From the human T2T-CHM13v2.0 reference genome, Homo sapiens, in NCBI RefSeq assembly GCF_009914755.1, contig NC_060933.1: a stretch of 64,000 nt of DNA; one strand, 5' to 3'. Under the pieces are notes generated by a model. The model saw only the letters and a program-made list of their open reading frames with translations, was not told where the DNA came from and ran no database searches. Each line of letters starts with the position of its first letter. Positions within the stretch are counted from its first letter, which is position 1. Shown in pieces: positions 12,109 to 26,061 of this stretch. A program made the position numbers and the translations under genes.

Positions 12109-13902
12109 ACAAACAAAAGCCATTGCTCAAAGATTACATGACATGGCAAGACTTACTTAATTATAAAAAATACAGTAGGAAGGAGGGAGCTAATCTTAAT
12201 TAAATTACTGAATTTCAGACTGCTTTTTGAAAATATCTTTGCTCAGTGTGTTTATATTATACTAAGATATATAAATGGATATCAATAAATAAATTTAAAA
12301 CACAAGATATTATAAAACATTAACTTTATGTAACATGATAAATAGACATGTTCTTAAAATTAACTGTTAAGAACAGAAGCTGAAAGCATTTGAAACATTT
12401 TGTTATTACCTAATTCTTTGATTTCAAAAAAAGGAAACTATCAATTTTATTGCTCTTAACCCAATTCCATCTTCTTGGTGAATACCACCTTGAAAATTAA
12501 AAAGTAAATCAAATGTTTTAAACTCATTTATTTTGTGTAAATATTGTCTGAATTAGTTCATATTCCTCATTTGCATAGTCTGAAAGAAAAAACCTTACTA
12601 TGGTGTAAATTATTGATATGAAAGAAAATACTGCCTTGAGAACATTAAAAAACATTTGAGTCTTCAAGTAGTACTTTAGAAAGTATTCTCAGAGACAATA
12701 AACAATTTATCTGTATTGGGTCTAGCTACTTGAACATATTACAACACATGTTTAGAAAAATCTGAGCTTTATGTACGACTTTATACTTAGATGGAAGTTT
12801 ATGTATCATAATTTGAGCAAATTTTATTACATAAAACTATCTTCAGAATTAACTTATAGATCAGTAGAAAAAAACAGAAATTATAATATAGAAAATGAAT
12901 ATAATATCAATAATTTCTCTTTTGTTGGACATTTTTACCTTTACTTAAAAATTGGTCAAATTTAGAAATGTCACTCTGAAAGCTTCATCTAAAGTTCCCA
13001 GAAGGTTTAATACCATTTCATGTCTAGAGATCTACACTCATCAACTGAGAAAAATACTTCAACTATTTTTTTTTACATGATTGTAGCAACTGCAGGATTC
13101 TTTTCAAGCAGGGCATTTTACTTTTGCCCAAATACAAGCAGTATTAGAATTATACACTGTCATAAATATATCTTACTACTGATTCATATAATATGACTTG
13201 GACCTTAACCAATAGCTTAAATTATACATAGTGATCATTCAAAAATGGACCCTTCATGGGTGGGGGAAGATTTTCTGTTTTGTCTATTTAAAAAATCCTC
13301 ATTACATAATAGGAGTTCAGAGATACCACATTCAAAAAGAATAAGATATACAATAAATAACAAAAATTATGCAGACAAAGCTCTAGCGCCAACATTCGTC
13401 ATAATTATTTAACCAAAATGAATTGGTCCTATGAATCTTTTACACAATTTTTTCCTAAAACTTTGCCATTTGTTATCCTATATTCTTACATTGTTCTGAT
13501 TAAATTAGAAGGGCAGGCTCTGGCTTTGATCTTTTTGTCTTTGAATTTCAGACCTTTCTTTTTCACTCACTCACATTCTCATATCTATACTTGCGGCCCA
13601 CACTTCTTTTCTGAGCTCCTGACCTGTATGTACCTAACTGAGTATGATCTTGACTCTCATTCTTTTATCAATTTCTTAATGGCTATTTTAAAGCTCCATC
13701 CCTTATTCTGTGTCCTCACTGCTTCTGCCTTAGCTTAGGCCCCCATCATCTCTTGTTTGGATTATTATGATCCAGTTGTTCTGTCTGCCTAATATTTTAT
13801 TCCCTACTCATCTATTCTGTACATTATTTCTATGTATACCACATAGAAATACTAAAGTACAAATCTAATTAGGTCATATTTTCAGTTAAAAACTTTAATG
13901 TG

Positions 13903-14160
13903 GGCCGGGCACGGTGGCTTATGCCTGTAATCCCAGCACTTTGGGAGGCCAAGGCAGACCGATCACGAGTTCAAGAGATCGAGACCATCCTGGCCAACAT
14001 GGTGAAACCCCATCTCTACTAAAAATACAAAAAATTAGCCAGGTGTGGTTGCAGGCACCTATAATCCCAGCTACTTGGGAGGCTGAGGCTGCAGCACTCC
14101 AGCCTGGGCAAAAAGAGTGAAACTCCATCTCAAAAAAAACAAAAAAACAAAAAACAAAAA
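13903..14160 (+). mobile_element. AluS (Sc-like left arm) with internally deleted right arm
   Basis: 'ggccgggcacggtggc...gatcacgagttcaagagatcgagaccatcctggcc'; A-rich tail; TSD aaaac(c)tttaatgtg on both sides. Confidence 0.95.
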
Positions 14161-14476
14161 AAACCTTTAATGTGATTCCATTGTCTACAAGAAAAAGTTA
14201 AGGTTCTTGACATTACAGAGAGAGACAGCTCACCATTGTTGGCTCCTGGTTTCTTCTTCAGCCCACAGCATCTCATCCCTCTCCTACGAGGCACAGTCAC
14301 GTAGTCACGTGAACGATAGGTCGTTCTCCAGATCAACGCATTGCTCAGGTCACTGGGCCTATTTCTTCCACCAGTAATTTCCACTTCTGTCTCACTAGAT
14401 TGGCAAAGTTCTTCTGATACTTTTTATCATATTTCTTGCATTCTCTTACAAACGTTGACCTTTTCACTATAAATAG

Positions 14477-14930
14477 TATGATGGTTTATTTAGGTGTCAA
14501 CTTGACTGACTTAGTAAGGGATACCCAGATAGCTGGTAAAGAATTACTTTTGGGTATGTCTGTGAAAGCGTTTCCAGAAGACACTGGTATCTGAATCAGG
14601 GTAAGCAATATCCACCCTCACCCAGTGTGGGTGGACACCATCTGCTTGGCTGAGGGCCTTGACAGAACAAAAAGGCAGAGGAAAGCTGAATTTACTTTTT
14701 CTCTTCTGGAGCTGGGACACCCACGGCCCTCAGATTTGGGTGCTTGCACCAGTGCCCCCTCTTGGTTCTTAGACCTTCAGATCGGAACCGTGCTACCAGC
14801 TTCCCTGAAGCTGGTAGCATGGTTATATATGTTATATCTATATATCTAAATATCTATATATTTATAACATATATCTCTATCTGTATCTACCCTATTGGTT
14901 GTGTCTCTCTGGAGAACACTGACTAATACA
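14477..14930 (+). mobile_element. MLT2B-like solo LTR (ERVL)
   Basis: 'tgatggtttatttaggtgtcaacttgactg...gatagctggtaaa...cctattggttgtgtctctctggagaacactgactaataca'. Confidence 0.85.
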
Positions 14931-14932
14931 AG

Positions 14933-14944
14933 CAGGGTCACCAT

Positions 14945-14989
<45 letters not shown>

Positions 14990-15108
14990 GTCTCAACTGG
15001 GACACCTTGGAAAGTGAAAAGTGTGAGACTAATGCTTACTCTAATAGATTCTGAGGCAAGGTCATAACCTAGGACTTTTCTGGGCAAACTGATATGTATT
15101 ATCCCTTA
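14933..15108 (+). mobile_element. MER81-like hAT (Blackjack group) element with expanded poly(T)
   Basis: 'agggtcaccat...aactgggacaccttggaaagtgaaa...ggacttttctgggcaaactg...tccctta'. Confidence 0.6.
14946..14988. repeat. Poly(T)43
   Basis: 43 consecutive T. Confidence 0.95.
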
Positions 15109-17627
15109 CTTATAAGTCAAGTTCATTATTCCCTTTTCTTTATGCTTCCTCTCTTCGTGTCAACTTCTATCCCAATACTTATTGTATTATGTTGAAATTA
15201 CTTATTTATGTGTCTCTCTCACCTACTACATTTGCAGCTAAGCCCTTGGGGATTAGACACTATGGTTTATTAATCTTTGCATACATGAAAATCAGCACAG
15301 CAAATCTGATTAGGTCATCAGTATATGGTAGGTAATAGAATGCTATTAGATGCCACAAATAAAGGGATAAAAGGCCAAACATTTTCCTAACTTTAGATTC
15401 CTATTAAACCAGCCTGAAGGTAGAAAGTTCCATGTGCTCACCTCAGGATAATTCTTGGAGACAGTGTGAGCAGCCAGGATCAGGAAGGTGTAGACATGTT
15501 TGACAAACAACATAAAGGGCTAGGTAGTGCCCAGAAACCACAAATGAAATGGAAGCCAGATGCATATGAAATAAGAGTTGAGGAGTTCCTTGTATGAAAG
15601 CAAGGTTAAGACAATAAAGAGGGTCAAAAATCAGAAGGAGTCAAAACAGCCAACATGTGGCACGAATGACAAGAAATCTTGGAAATTTGACTAATTTAAA
15701 CTTGTCCACATTCACAGGTGAAATTTGGAGTACAGAGCCAGTGATAAGAGATCACCTGAAATAAGTAGACCTTGTTGGCACCAAATGATCATATGTGTGT
15801 GTGTGTATATACAGAGACACACATACACACATATACAACAAGGTCATACTTTAATCAGGTCCATACATATGGATGTGAGCATATGTATAGACATACACTT
15901 CCCTGCATGCATAAAGTCACATGGTATATATAAGCAACAAATAATTTTCATTTTATCTGTTGACTTAATTTCTATAAATTTAGGTTTTCTTAAATATGCA
16001 ATATCAAAATTAGCTTAATTCTGAAAATTAGCTAAACCAAAGACATCGTGGTTTCTGATGGAATGAAAGTTTCTTACTGGAAGGCAAAATATTATTTTGA
16101 TTACTTAGTTTTATTGCTGAACTTAAATATCCTCTCCTCACAAAGACCTTCTCAAACCTCCACGTAAATTATCCCAGTTGGGCACAGAATATACTCAATA
16201 TAAAAATATGTTCTAATCTGGAACACTTATATTTTGTTTCAAATCAGATACATCTCTGTTTCTTCACCAATCTACACGGAGGCAGAAAGTCTGAAAAGAG
16301 CCAAGGTTATCATGAACATGATAATACTGACTCTCGTAAATAAATTATTTCCATTCTATCATCTCCATTTAAAGACTTTTTTTCAGTGATTCATTCCCCA
16401 CAAGAAACATGAATAACTTTTCCCTTGGTGTTTTGCTTCTTTGAAGCTCAGTCTGGCCATCTTTTCTCCTACCACTGTTGTTTTCTTTGTTATCACTGAA
16501 GCCACCATCTGCTCTAAAGAGAGGGTCCTTAATGGGACTTGAAGTGCTAACAGTGCTGCCTGAGGCAAAAGTCTGAAGTTAAAATTTGGCGCACAACCAT
16601 CCTTGCTTTCAGCACCGATGCAGCCATCTCTCCTGGGCACCCAGCATTCCCTGGGGTTCTCTGTTTATAGACCTCCCTGGTAGCGCTGTGTTTCCTGACA
16701 GTGTCTATCCTCTTCTGTCAGAATCTATTCCATATCCCATTTCATCTCAGGCAATTGTCTTCTGAAAATCAACTTTGTGAACTATTCCATGCTAAATGAT
16801 TACTAACTGATCCCCTGAATTGACAAAGCTTTCCAACCAAAGAAAAGGGATGAATCTCCATGGTGCAATTTCTGGCCAGAAAATAATACATTTGGTAATT
16901 TAACAATTCCGTTACTCCCCAAAACATAGCATGTGGGTTTACTGCCAAGCCTGCAACGGTGTGATCTGCGCAAGGGTGATATCAATATATAGTTTAAATT
17001 TTCACAGGAATTGGTGTTTGGTGAAACTCTTCTAAAAAATCTTGCCAGCTCTTTAACACAACACACTTAAATAGAAGTGAGCTGGCTAAAAAGCTGCCTC
17101 CAGAGAGGCAATTTGGAAACATCTGAGGGTGAAAGACAGGTAGCAACCATCGAGAAAAGCCTTTATAGAGTGGTAGAGGAGAGCTTTCTCTGCCTAGAAG
17201 ACATATTGCTCTCACCCAGATCCAGGTTGGTCTATAAAAGCTCTTCCCTGGCAGCTGCAGCTGGCATTTTGAAAATCACATTATATAGGAGGCATTTTTT
17301 TAGAGGGCCTTTTGCAATGCACATTAGCAAAATGTATTTCCGTACTTCCGTGAATTTCTGAATTAGCAGATTACACTAATGACAGCCATAGCAACAGAAC
17401 TACAGTTAATGAAGAAACTCTAATTGAGAAAGAAGAAGCTCTGTACTTCAAGAAATTGCGGCCACAAATACTGTAAACTTTCTGAAATTAATACACGGAA
17501 ATAAACCAACATGAATGGACATGAGCAAAACGGCCAAAGAAGCAAACACTGCTGGACTAACTGGACAAAAAAATAAAATTAGTAGTAAAATAAATTATGA
17601 TTCCTTAGGAGAGAGTGGTGGTTACAA

Positions 17628-17795
17628 GCATGTATATATACACATATATGTATATATAAGCATGTATATATACACTATATATGTACATATACTATATATA
17701 TATAAGCACATATAATTCATGTATATATGTAGTATATACATGCTTACGTATACAGAGTATATGTACCTAACGGTACATGTACATATATATATTTG
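17628..17795. repeat. Degenerate (TA/TG/CA)n low-complexity tract
   Basis: Alternating purine-pyrimidine 'tgtatatatacacatatatgtatat...'. Confidence 0.85.
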
Positions 17796-18459
17796 TGCTT
17801 GTGTTAACACATAAAATATGTTATAAACTTTACTTCCATGTATTTATAGCCATAATCCTTGTGTTCTTTTATTATTAAGGAGACTCATTCCACCGGATTC
17901 TATTGTAATATCTCTGCTTAAAGTATTTTGGTGGCTTCCAGTGGCACTTAAAATAAAATTCAGCCTGATTCAATAGCCTACAAAGTCTGCAGGATCTGAC
18001 TCTTGCATCTTCCCCAACCTCAAGTCAGCCACTCTTTGCTTTGATCACGACACTGCAATCATCCTTATCTTCCACAAGTGCCCCAAACACTCAAACCCCA
18101 TTCTTGCTTTGGGGCTTTGCTATGTGCTGTATACTCTAGCAGCTGAGAGTTCTCTTCCCTCTGCTGTTATCATGGCTGGCTCATGCCTCAACTTAAGTAT
18201 AAACTCCTCAGAGAGACCTCTTCAATTCTCCATATTTAAACTGATTTTCTCCAACCCCTCCACCACTATGTCCTCCCAGAAGTAAATTTTATTTCATTAT
18301 GGAACTCATCACAAATTGTGCTTTTTTTTCTGTTTATTGTTGTTTAATAGCATATGGCCTGTCTCTCTCACTAGGTCGAAAACTGCATAAGGGTCGGGCA
18401 AAAATCTGTCTTGTTCACCATTTGATGTCCCACACCTAGCACGGTGTCTGGTTCACATT

Positions 18460-19490
<1,031 letters not shown>

Positions 19491-20309
19491 TTTGGTGCTC
19501 AGTCAGTGTTTGTCAAATGAATAATAGCAGAATGGATAAATATAATGCTAGAAGCAGGCCAACTTAGTAAATGGATCCACTTAAAACCTGAATGGTTTGA
19601 ACATTTCTTGTCTGGAAAGAAACCACTCTTGAATCTTACCATTTTAAACATGCAATATGACTTACCACTTCTGGACTTTCAATAGAACGGAGTCTATTCA
19701 TTATCTCCCAGCTCAGCCCTTTATTTCATTTCTGGCCACATGCACCAACAGCCTCATCCACCTTTCTGATACATCTCTGCCCACTCCTCATCAGTTACAA
19801 AGTCATTTGCTTTGGTCTGGTCCATCTTTCTGTATCTCAGCAGATCAATCAGCAACTATTTATTGGGTGTCTAGTGTGGACAAGCAGCATAGGAGGAGTC
19901 ATTGACTAAGAGTTATGGCAGCTGGATTCAAATCTTATCTAAGCTCCAGCTTCACGGAAGGGAAGCCTAGCTTAGCCACCGCATATCTCAGCATTGGACC
20001 AATGGGAAAGGGAAGGAATTTTGAGAACATGTACTAATCTGGCTGATGCTCAAAGAAGACCACCAGCAGCTCATAAGTTTCAAATGGCATAAAAATCTGG
20101 GGCTCAAATTGAGTTGCAGTGACATCTAAATGAGAGAGTGGATGAAGAACCACATATTTGAAGTGCAAGATGAGGGAGGACAATTCTGTAGTTGACATGT
20201 TTCGTCACTTCCTTTGGTTTGGGAAAAAGATTTAAGCCCTGAAGCTTATAGTATATGAAGCTGATGCCAGCCATCAAATAGAAGGGCCTGGTAGAGAGGA
20301 GAACGGAAC

Positions 20310-20465
20310 TACAGTTTATTGAACATCTGGTGTGTGGTAGGCAACGAACATACAATTACTCAAATTAAGTCTATCCTCACCAACACTTTATATAGAGGTT
20401 TTATCATTTCTGTTTTACAGATGAGCAAATGGAGACTCAGTAAGGTTATGCCACTCCCCCAATTA
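20310..20465 (-). mobile_element. MIR
   Basis: 'tttattgaacatc...atcctcaccaacac...ttttacagatgagcaaatggagactcag'. Confidence 0.75.
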
Positions 20466-21184
20466 AAGGCAATAACATTCGCTTGACTCTAAATTTTATG
20501 ATTTCTTGCCATATCAATCAAACTTATAGAGAGACAAATACTGGGGCGGGGAGGGGCAGAATTTCATATTTCTAATCCGACAGGCTGGAGACCAGGGTAG
20601 GAGTCCATTCCCAACAGGGTTTAGGGGCTGAATTCACTCCAGCCCCCTCATTGCATATCACTGGACAAAACATTCCACCCTCTGTGCTTCTATTTTGTCT
20701 ATATAATTGAGGTACAATTAGTTTCAGAGTGTGCCTAGGATTTGTCTTTCTGTCTCATTTACTGTACTGCTGTGTGAACTAAACAAACAAAATAAAAACC
20801 TTATAAGTTCCATATCCACATGGAAGTTACAATCCTGTTAGAGAAAAGAAGAATACTCATGAAATTATTAGCAACACCAGATAGAACGCAGCTCCTCTTG
20901 GTGTGCATTATGTATATGTGCGTGCAATACAGATACGACAGAAGATACCAGAGGTGTCATCATTTTAGAAGGTGAAAAGGAAAGCAGGAATCTGATTCCG
21001 TGTAGAATGAGGGATGTGGGGAAAGAATGAATAAGGGAAAAAACAGGCAGGATCTAAGACAACTGTTGTCTTTCTTCAAGACCATTGGAATGGCTTCCAT
21101 AGTCCTGTTAGTATAGACCAAATGTTTGGTCTAAGAACTCCCCTCTCTACCGTCCCCCCTCCTACCAAATACACACAGGTGCTT

Positions 21185-21195
21185 ACGCGCACGCG

Positions 21196-21241
<46 letters not shown>
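21185..21241. repeat. (CG)n(CA)n compound microsatellite
   Basis: acgcgcacgcgcgcgcgcgc followed by ~(CA)19. Confidence 0.95.
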
Positions 21242-21243
<2 letters not shown>

Positions 21244-22059
21244 GATAAACTATAACTTTCCCCAAAAAATTGCAGTCACTTTCCATTTGACTTCTAGTGC
21301 TATTTGTTGGAATTTTAGAAAGGCACATTCTCTTTCCCATCTCACAATTTTGTGCCCTGTTAATAAAATACAGCTAGTCTACTTGTTTTCCGTACTCAAA
21401 GATGTTTGCTGGAAAGGAAGGGAAGGAGAATACTAAAAATAGAAAATGTAAAACTGTTGAATTTTTTTGAAAGTTGGGGAATCGTGTATTTAGGATTCCA
21501 TTTTCTCTTCTATTGATTTCAAGCAAAAGTAATCCAAACCAAAAACGTGTGTCAAAGGGATGGCATGCATGTGTAGAGACAAATAGCTTAGTCTAAAATG
21601 GAGTAATAAATAATAGCATTCATTGTTGAGCAGACTAGACTTAAAATTATATGCAGAGTTTCTGCATAAGCTACTTTTTCATTCAAAAACTTTTCTATGT
21701 ATTAACATTTTTGGACTCTGAGCACTTTTATCTTGGTCTTATCCCAAAAATAAAGTTTTCATAAGTTGAACATAATGTCTTCAGGTGCTTTTGAGCTAAG
21801 CAAGGATAATTTTAAAAATCACATTTCTACCTTTATAACAATTAAAGAGAACATTTTGTGTATGGATCAAAGTATAAAGCTGAAACTTTCCGTGTGTCTA
21901 ATTCTCAAGGAAAGTAGATCTCTTGGATAATTTCAATCCTTTTTCTTAAAGATAATAAAGTTATGAATGTAGCCCAAAAGCCTCAGGCCTCATCAACCTG
22001 TGTATACAAATGTTTTAACATTAAAATGTAAACCTGATTTTTTCTATTTAAAAAATATT

Positions 22060-22460
22060 TACAAAACATTTAAAACTGCAACAAACATTTTAAAAAAACA
22101 AGAATAAAGAACTCATTGCCTAGAGAGAACAAGCATTCAAATTGTGCCATATTTGCTTCAGAAATGTTTTGGGGGGAAAATGAAATGCATGGAGTCGAAT
22201 CACAGCGTGTGCCTTCACAGTTTCCCCTTTCTCAGAGGAGATCTTCTTGGGGGTAACTACCATCCCAAGGCAACTTGTGTTCTTCCCCATCCCTGTTTTT
22301 AAAAAATGCCACCATAGATATGTATATGCATCCAAAAAATATATTCCAATGTTTCATGTATTTTAAAACATATATATAAGTGGCGGCATATTGTACTTAT
22401 CCTTTTGCAATCTGCTTTTTTCACTCAACATTTTGTTTTTGAGAATTATTCATGTTGATG
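22060..22460 (-). mobile_element. Old L1M (L1ME-like) 3' fragment
   Basis: 'ttttgcaatctgcttttttcactcaacattttgtttttgagaattattcatgttgat'. Confidence 0.6.
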
Positions 22461-25089
22461 CAGAGAGGAAGTTAAACATTATTTCAAACAGTGAAAACAT
22501 CCCAGCTCACAGAGGAAGTCTTGAAAAGTCCACATGGCATTTTGTGGATGTCCCCAGGAGTGTCTTGCACATGCTCAGGAGTCCCCATGCTGTGTGGGGC
22601 TGCCTGAGTGTCAGGTTCCTCAGCCACCCTTTCCTCAGCTGCTGACTCAAGATTCTGCTGTCTTCTAGACTGCTAGAGCCAGGACCTGTGGATCCAGATG
22701 TCCTCACTGCTGCCACTCTTGGGGCCAGCCAAGCCTCCATGCTGCCCTTACCCTCACTCCAACAGACAGATATTCACCAACGTCTCCAGGCATCAATGTC
22801 CCTCATACTTGTGGGCCCCCAACAAACAGTAGTTGGCCAGAAAATGAGAAAGAGCTCCCATACTTTGGTGTAACTGTTCAGGGGCCTGTACCTGGGTGCT
22901 TCTGTTAGGTGTTTCACAATTTGAGTGAGCTCTCTTAGGTCACACACAGAGAAAGGGAACGTTGACAGCTCTACATCAGCAGGCACATCACCTCCTGACT
23001 GAATCAGACTGGGTTCCAGGCCCAAGCTCCAACTGTAAAGATGTCTCCTCATTCTCCTCCAGCCCTCTGGCTGGGCTTCTGAGTGAGCCTTTATTCTCTC
23101 AAAGACCAGCTGATTTCTTCCTGAAATAAATGGTTTGCATCTTTCCAGGCTCATCCTTGATGAAGAGGTGGGGTTCATATATTTTATTTTCTTTTTACTC
23201 CCATGTTTGACTTCTAATATAATGCAAGTAGATGCTTGGGCAAGTAAGACAGAGAAAGGGGGAAAGTGCCACTCAATTCCACTCACCAGAAAAAATTAAA
23301 CTTAGCTTTGGCTCAGCTAGGACCCCAAATACATCAAGACAGGTATTTGAGGTGAGAGGTTTTTTGTGTCTGGGCTAGGTAACCAAAGAAATGAATTACA
23401 GAAATGTAACCTATGATGACCTCATTTTTTGGAGGTCTGTGTGGCAAGCAAAAACACTGGGAGCCAGTCTCTCTAAATCGTTGCTGAAAAATTATTCTGA
23501 AAATAGTAGAATGATTTATCCAAGCCCCATGTGATTCCTTTCATAGACTGTTTTATTCCTAGGTTGAATATAAACTTATTGTCATACAAACACTATTTCA
23601 GAGTTCATACTTAAGGGTGTTTTTATATTTATCATCCACATTGTTCATGCATATTCTTTATTCATTAACATCATAAACATCTATAGAATGCTTACTATGT
23701 GCAAAGCTCCAAGCTACACACTCATTACAACATTAATCTTGGTCTATCTATCTTGGATTGAGATCTTCTATTAATACGTTACTCCCCTAGTAACTTGGGG
23801 CTTTCCTAGGCAGGGGTTGTGTCTTATTCATCTGTATATGAAACTTTAATTCAAATTATGGGTCTATCATTTGCTGTGTTAGCTGCGGTGCATTCACATA
23901 TTACAGACCTCAGTTATGTGAAATTAATATAGTGATATTTAATGTAAAAAATTAGAGTGAGGATTGAATTTATTATAATCTATGTGGAAAAACAAAATCA
24001 GTACCTAGTGAGTATCAGTTTCTTTTCTGGGTCTGTTGCACTTTAAGCAAGGCTTTGAAGGAGAGTAAAGAGATAATAAATGTTTTCTGAATGAAATCAT
24101 ACAATACAATTCAAGAAACCCCGGTAACAACCACATGGAAAAACACACAAAGCTTAGAAAATGCTTTTTAGAGCTTCATGTCAGCCCCAGTTAATTTCCT
24201 CACTAATGAAACTCCGCCTGCTTGTTTCTGAAAGACAGAGGATGCACTGAGACCCTCAACCTTTGTATTTGCTAATCTGTACATCGTAAGTACTTAGCAC
24301 GGAATTGACTCAGTGTCTACATCAGGGCAGCACAAACCAGCATGGGGCTGTGGCTGACTTTGATTTGGAATCCTAAGTGAGCCCCCTCAGCAGGATGCCT
24401 GAGCTCACATCACCTGCCCTTGTCAATCATTTTGCCTTTCCCTCCAATTCTATTTCAGATGAGACTCCCAAGGAAACACGGGAAATCATGCCATCCTCAG
24501 AGGCTGGGAAAGTTCAGTCCCATCCGAAACCCAAATGGGCCTAAGAGCTTCTAGTTTTAAAAATAATTTTAAAGCTCTTGATACTTTTGTCTCTAAAGAT
24601 GTATTTTACAGTGGGATGGCCACATATACGCAAATTAGCTTACTATAAAATGGTCTTTATTTTTAACAGTAGATTTAATTTACTGTGTAACCCAGGGGAG
24701 TCCAGAACAGGAAAAGGCCCAAAGCAACAGAGAAAACAAAGCATTGACAATGTGCGAAGCTGTCATTTCTCTGAGCTCAGGCTGTGACAATCATCTGTTC
24801 AACACACTTGTTCATGACCTCTTAAGACCCTTCTAAACATCATGACACTTCTCAACACACACATATCAACGGCTATCAAAATAATAAACCGGTAAGGAAG
24901 CATAGCCAGGGAAGGCAAGTGACACGGGGTGCAGAGTGGCCCATTTTGCTAGGCAGTTTTTCACAGGGTCACTGAAGGCCACACTGGTTGCTCTCTCTCC
25001 GTCATTATTTTTATACCTCATGTCTTTTTCTTCTGGTTTGTTTCCCCATATACCACCTAAATTTCTTTACCAATGAAAAAATCACCATT

Positions 25090-25290
25090 GATTAAATATT
25101 CATAATCTGGCAGGCACTTTGCATAAGGATAAAGTATATGCATCACCTCTCTGAACTAGGCATTATTATCCCCGTTTTACAGGTGTAGTAACTGAATCTT
25201 AGAGAGGTAGGTGATTTGTCCAGTTACACAGTGAGTTCGTAATAGAAAGATTTCACGCGTTGCAGATCTGTCTGATGCCAATACCTGCAT
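25090..25290 (-). mobile_element. MIR
   Basis: 'taggcattattatccccgttttacaggtgtagtaactgaatcttagagaggtaggtgatttgtcc'. Confidence 0.75.
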
Positions 25291-26061
25291 CCTTAAGTGG
25301 TACCCTCTGTAACTCCCCACTGCTGATCTTTGTCTCTGAACTTTCAGAAGCTAAAAATGGCATTCCTTGCTCATCTCAGAGACTATGACTAGCTACATTA
25401 ATTTTCTCAATAAATTTTTTAAGTGAGATTGATAGAAGAAGCAATATGTCATCATCCTCTCATTTTCTATAAAATGAATCATATTTAAAGGAACTGAATC
25501 AAAAATTGACAGAATACAAGCACACCTTTTTGTTTGCTTTGCCCACGTGGCATTTTTTACAAATTGAAGGTTTGGGGCAATCCTGGGTCAAGTAAGTCCT
25601 TTTGGCGCCATTTTTCCAACAGCGTGTGCTCACTTTGTGTCTCTATATTACACTTGGGTAATTCTTGCAATATTTAAAATTTTAAAATTATTGTTCTGTT
25701 AGGGTAATCTGTGATCGCTGTTCTTTGTTGTAACTATTGTAATTGTTTGGGGCACCATGAACGTTGCCCACATAAGACATAATTTTTGTGTGTCTGTGTG
25801 TTCTGACTGCTCCGCCAACTGACCATTCTCCCATGTCTCTCCCTCTCCTCAGGCCTTCCTATTCCCTGAGACATAATGACATTGAAATTAGGGCAAATAA
25901 TAACCCTACAATGTCCTCAAAGTGTTCAAGTGAAAGGAAGAATGGCACATCTTTCACTTCAGATCAAAAGCTAGGAATGATTAGGCTTAGTGAGGAAGGT
26001 ATGACAAAAGCTAAAATAAGCCTCTTGCACCAAATAGACAAGGTGAGAATTCAATGGAAAA

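Larger units (their letters stand above)
13570..15340 (+). mobile_element. Fragmented L2 interrupted by Alu, MLT2 and MER81
   Basis: Collinear L2 3' pieces: 'tctgagctcctgacctgtat', 'ggcccccatcatctcttgtttggattatt', 'ttacttatttatgtgtctctctc'. Confidence 0.6.

Noticed and set aside
12130-13500. Long AT-rich unique tract resembling a 3' UTR or matrix attachment region
   Set aside because: No upstream coding exon and no diagnostic feature beyond composition
22774-23286. 170-aa minus-strand ORF, the longest non-repeat ORF
   Set aside because: Non-ATG start, no recognisable domain or splice architecture; compatible with a chance ORF in 64 kb
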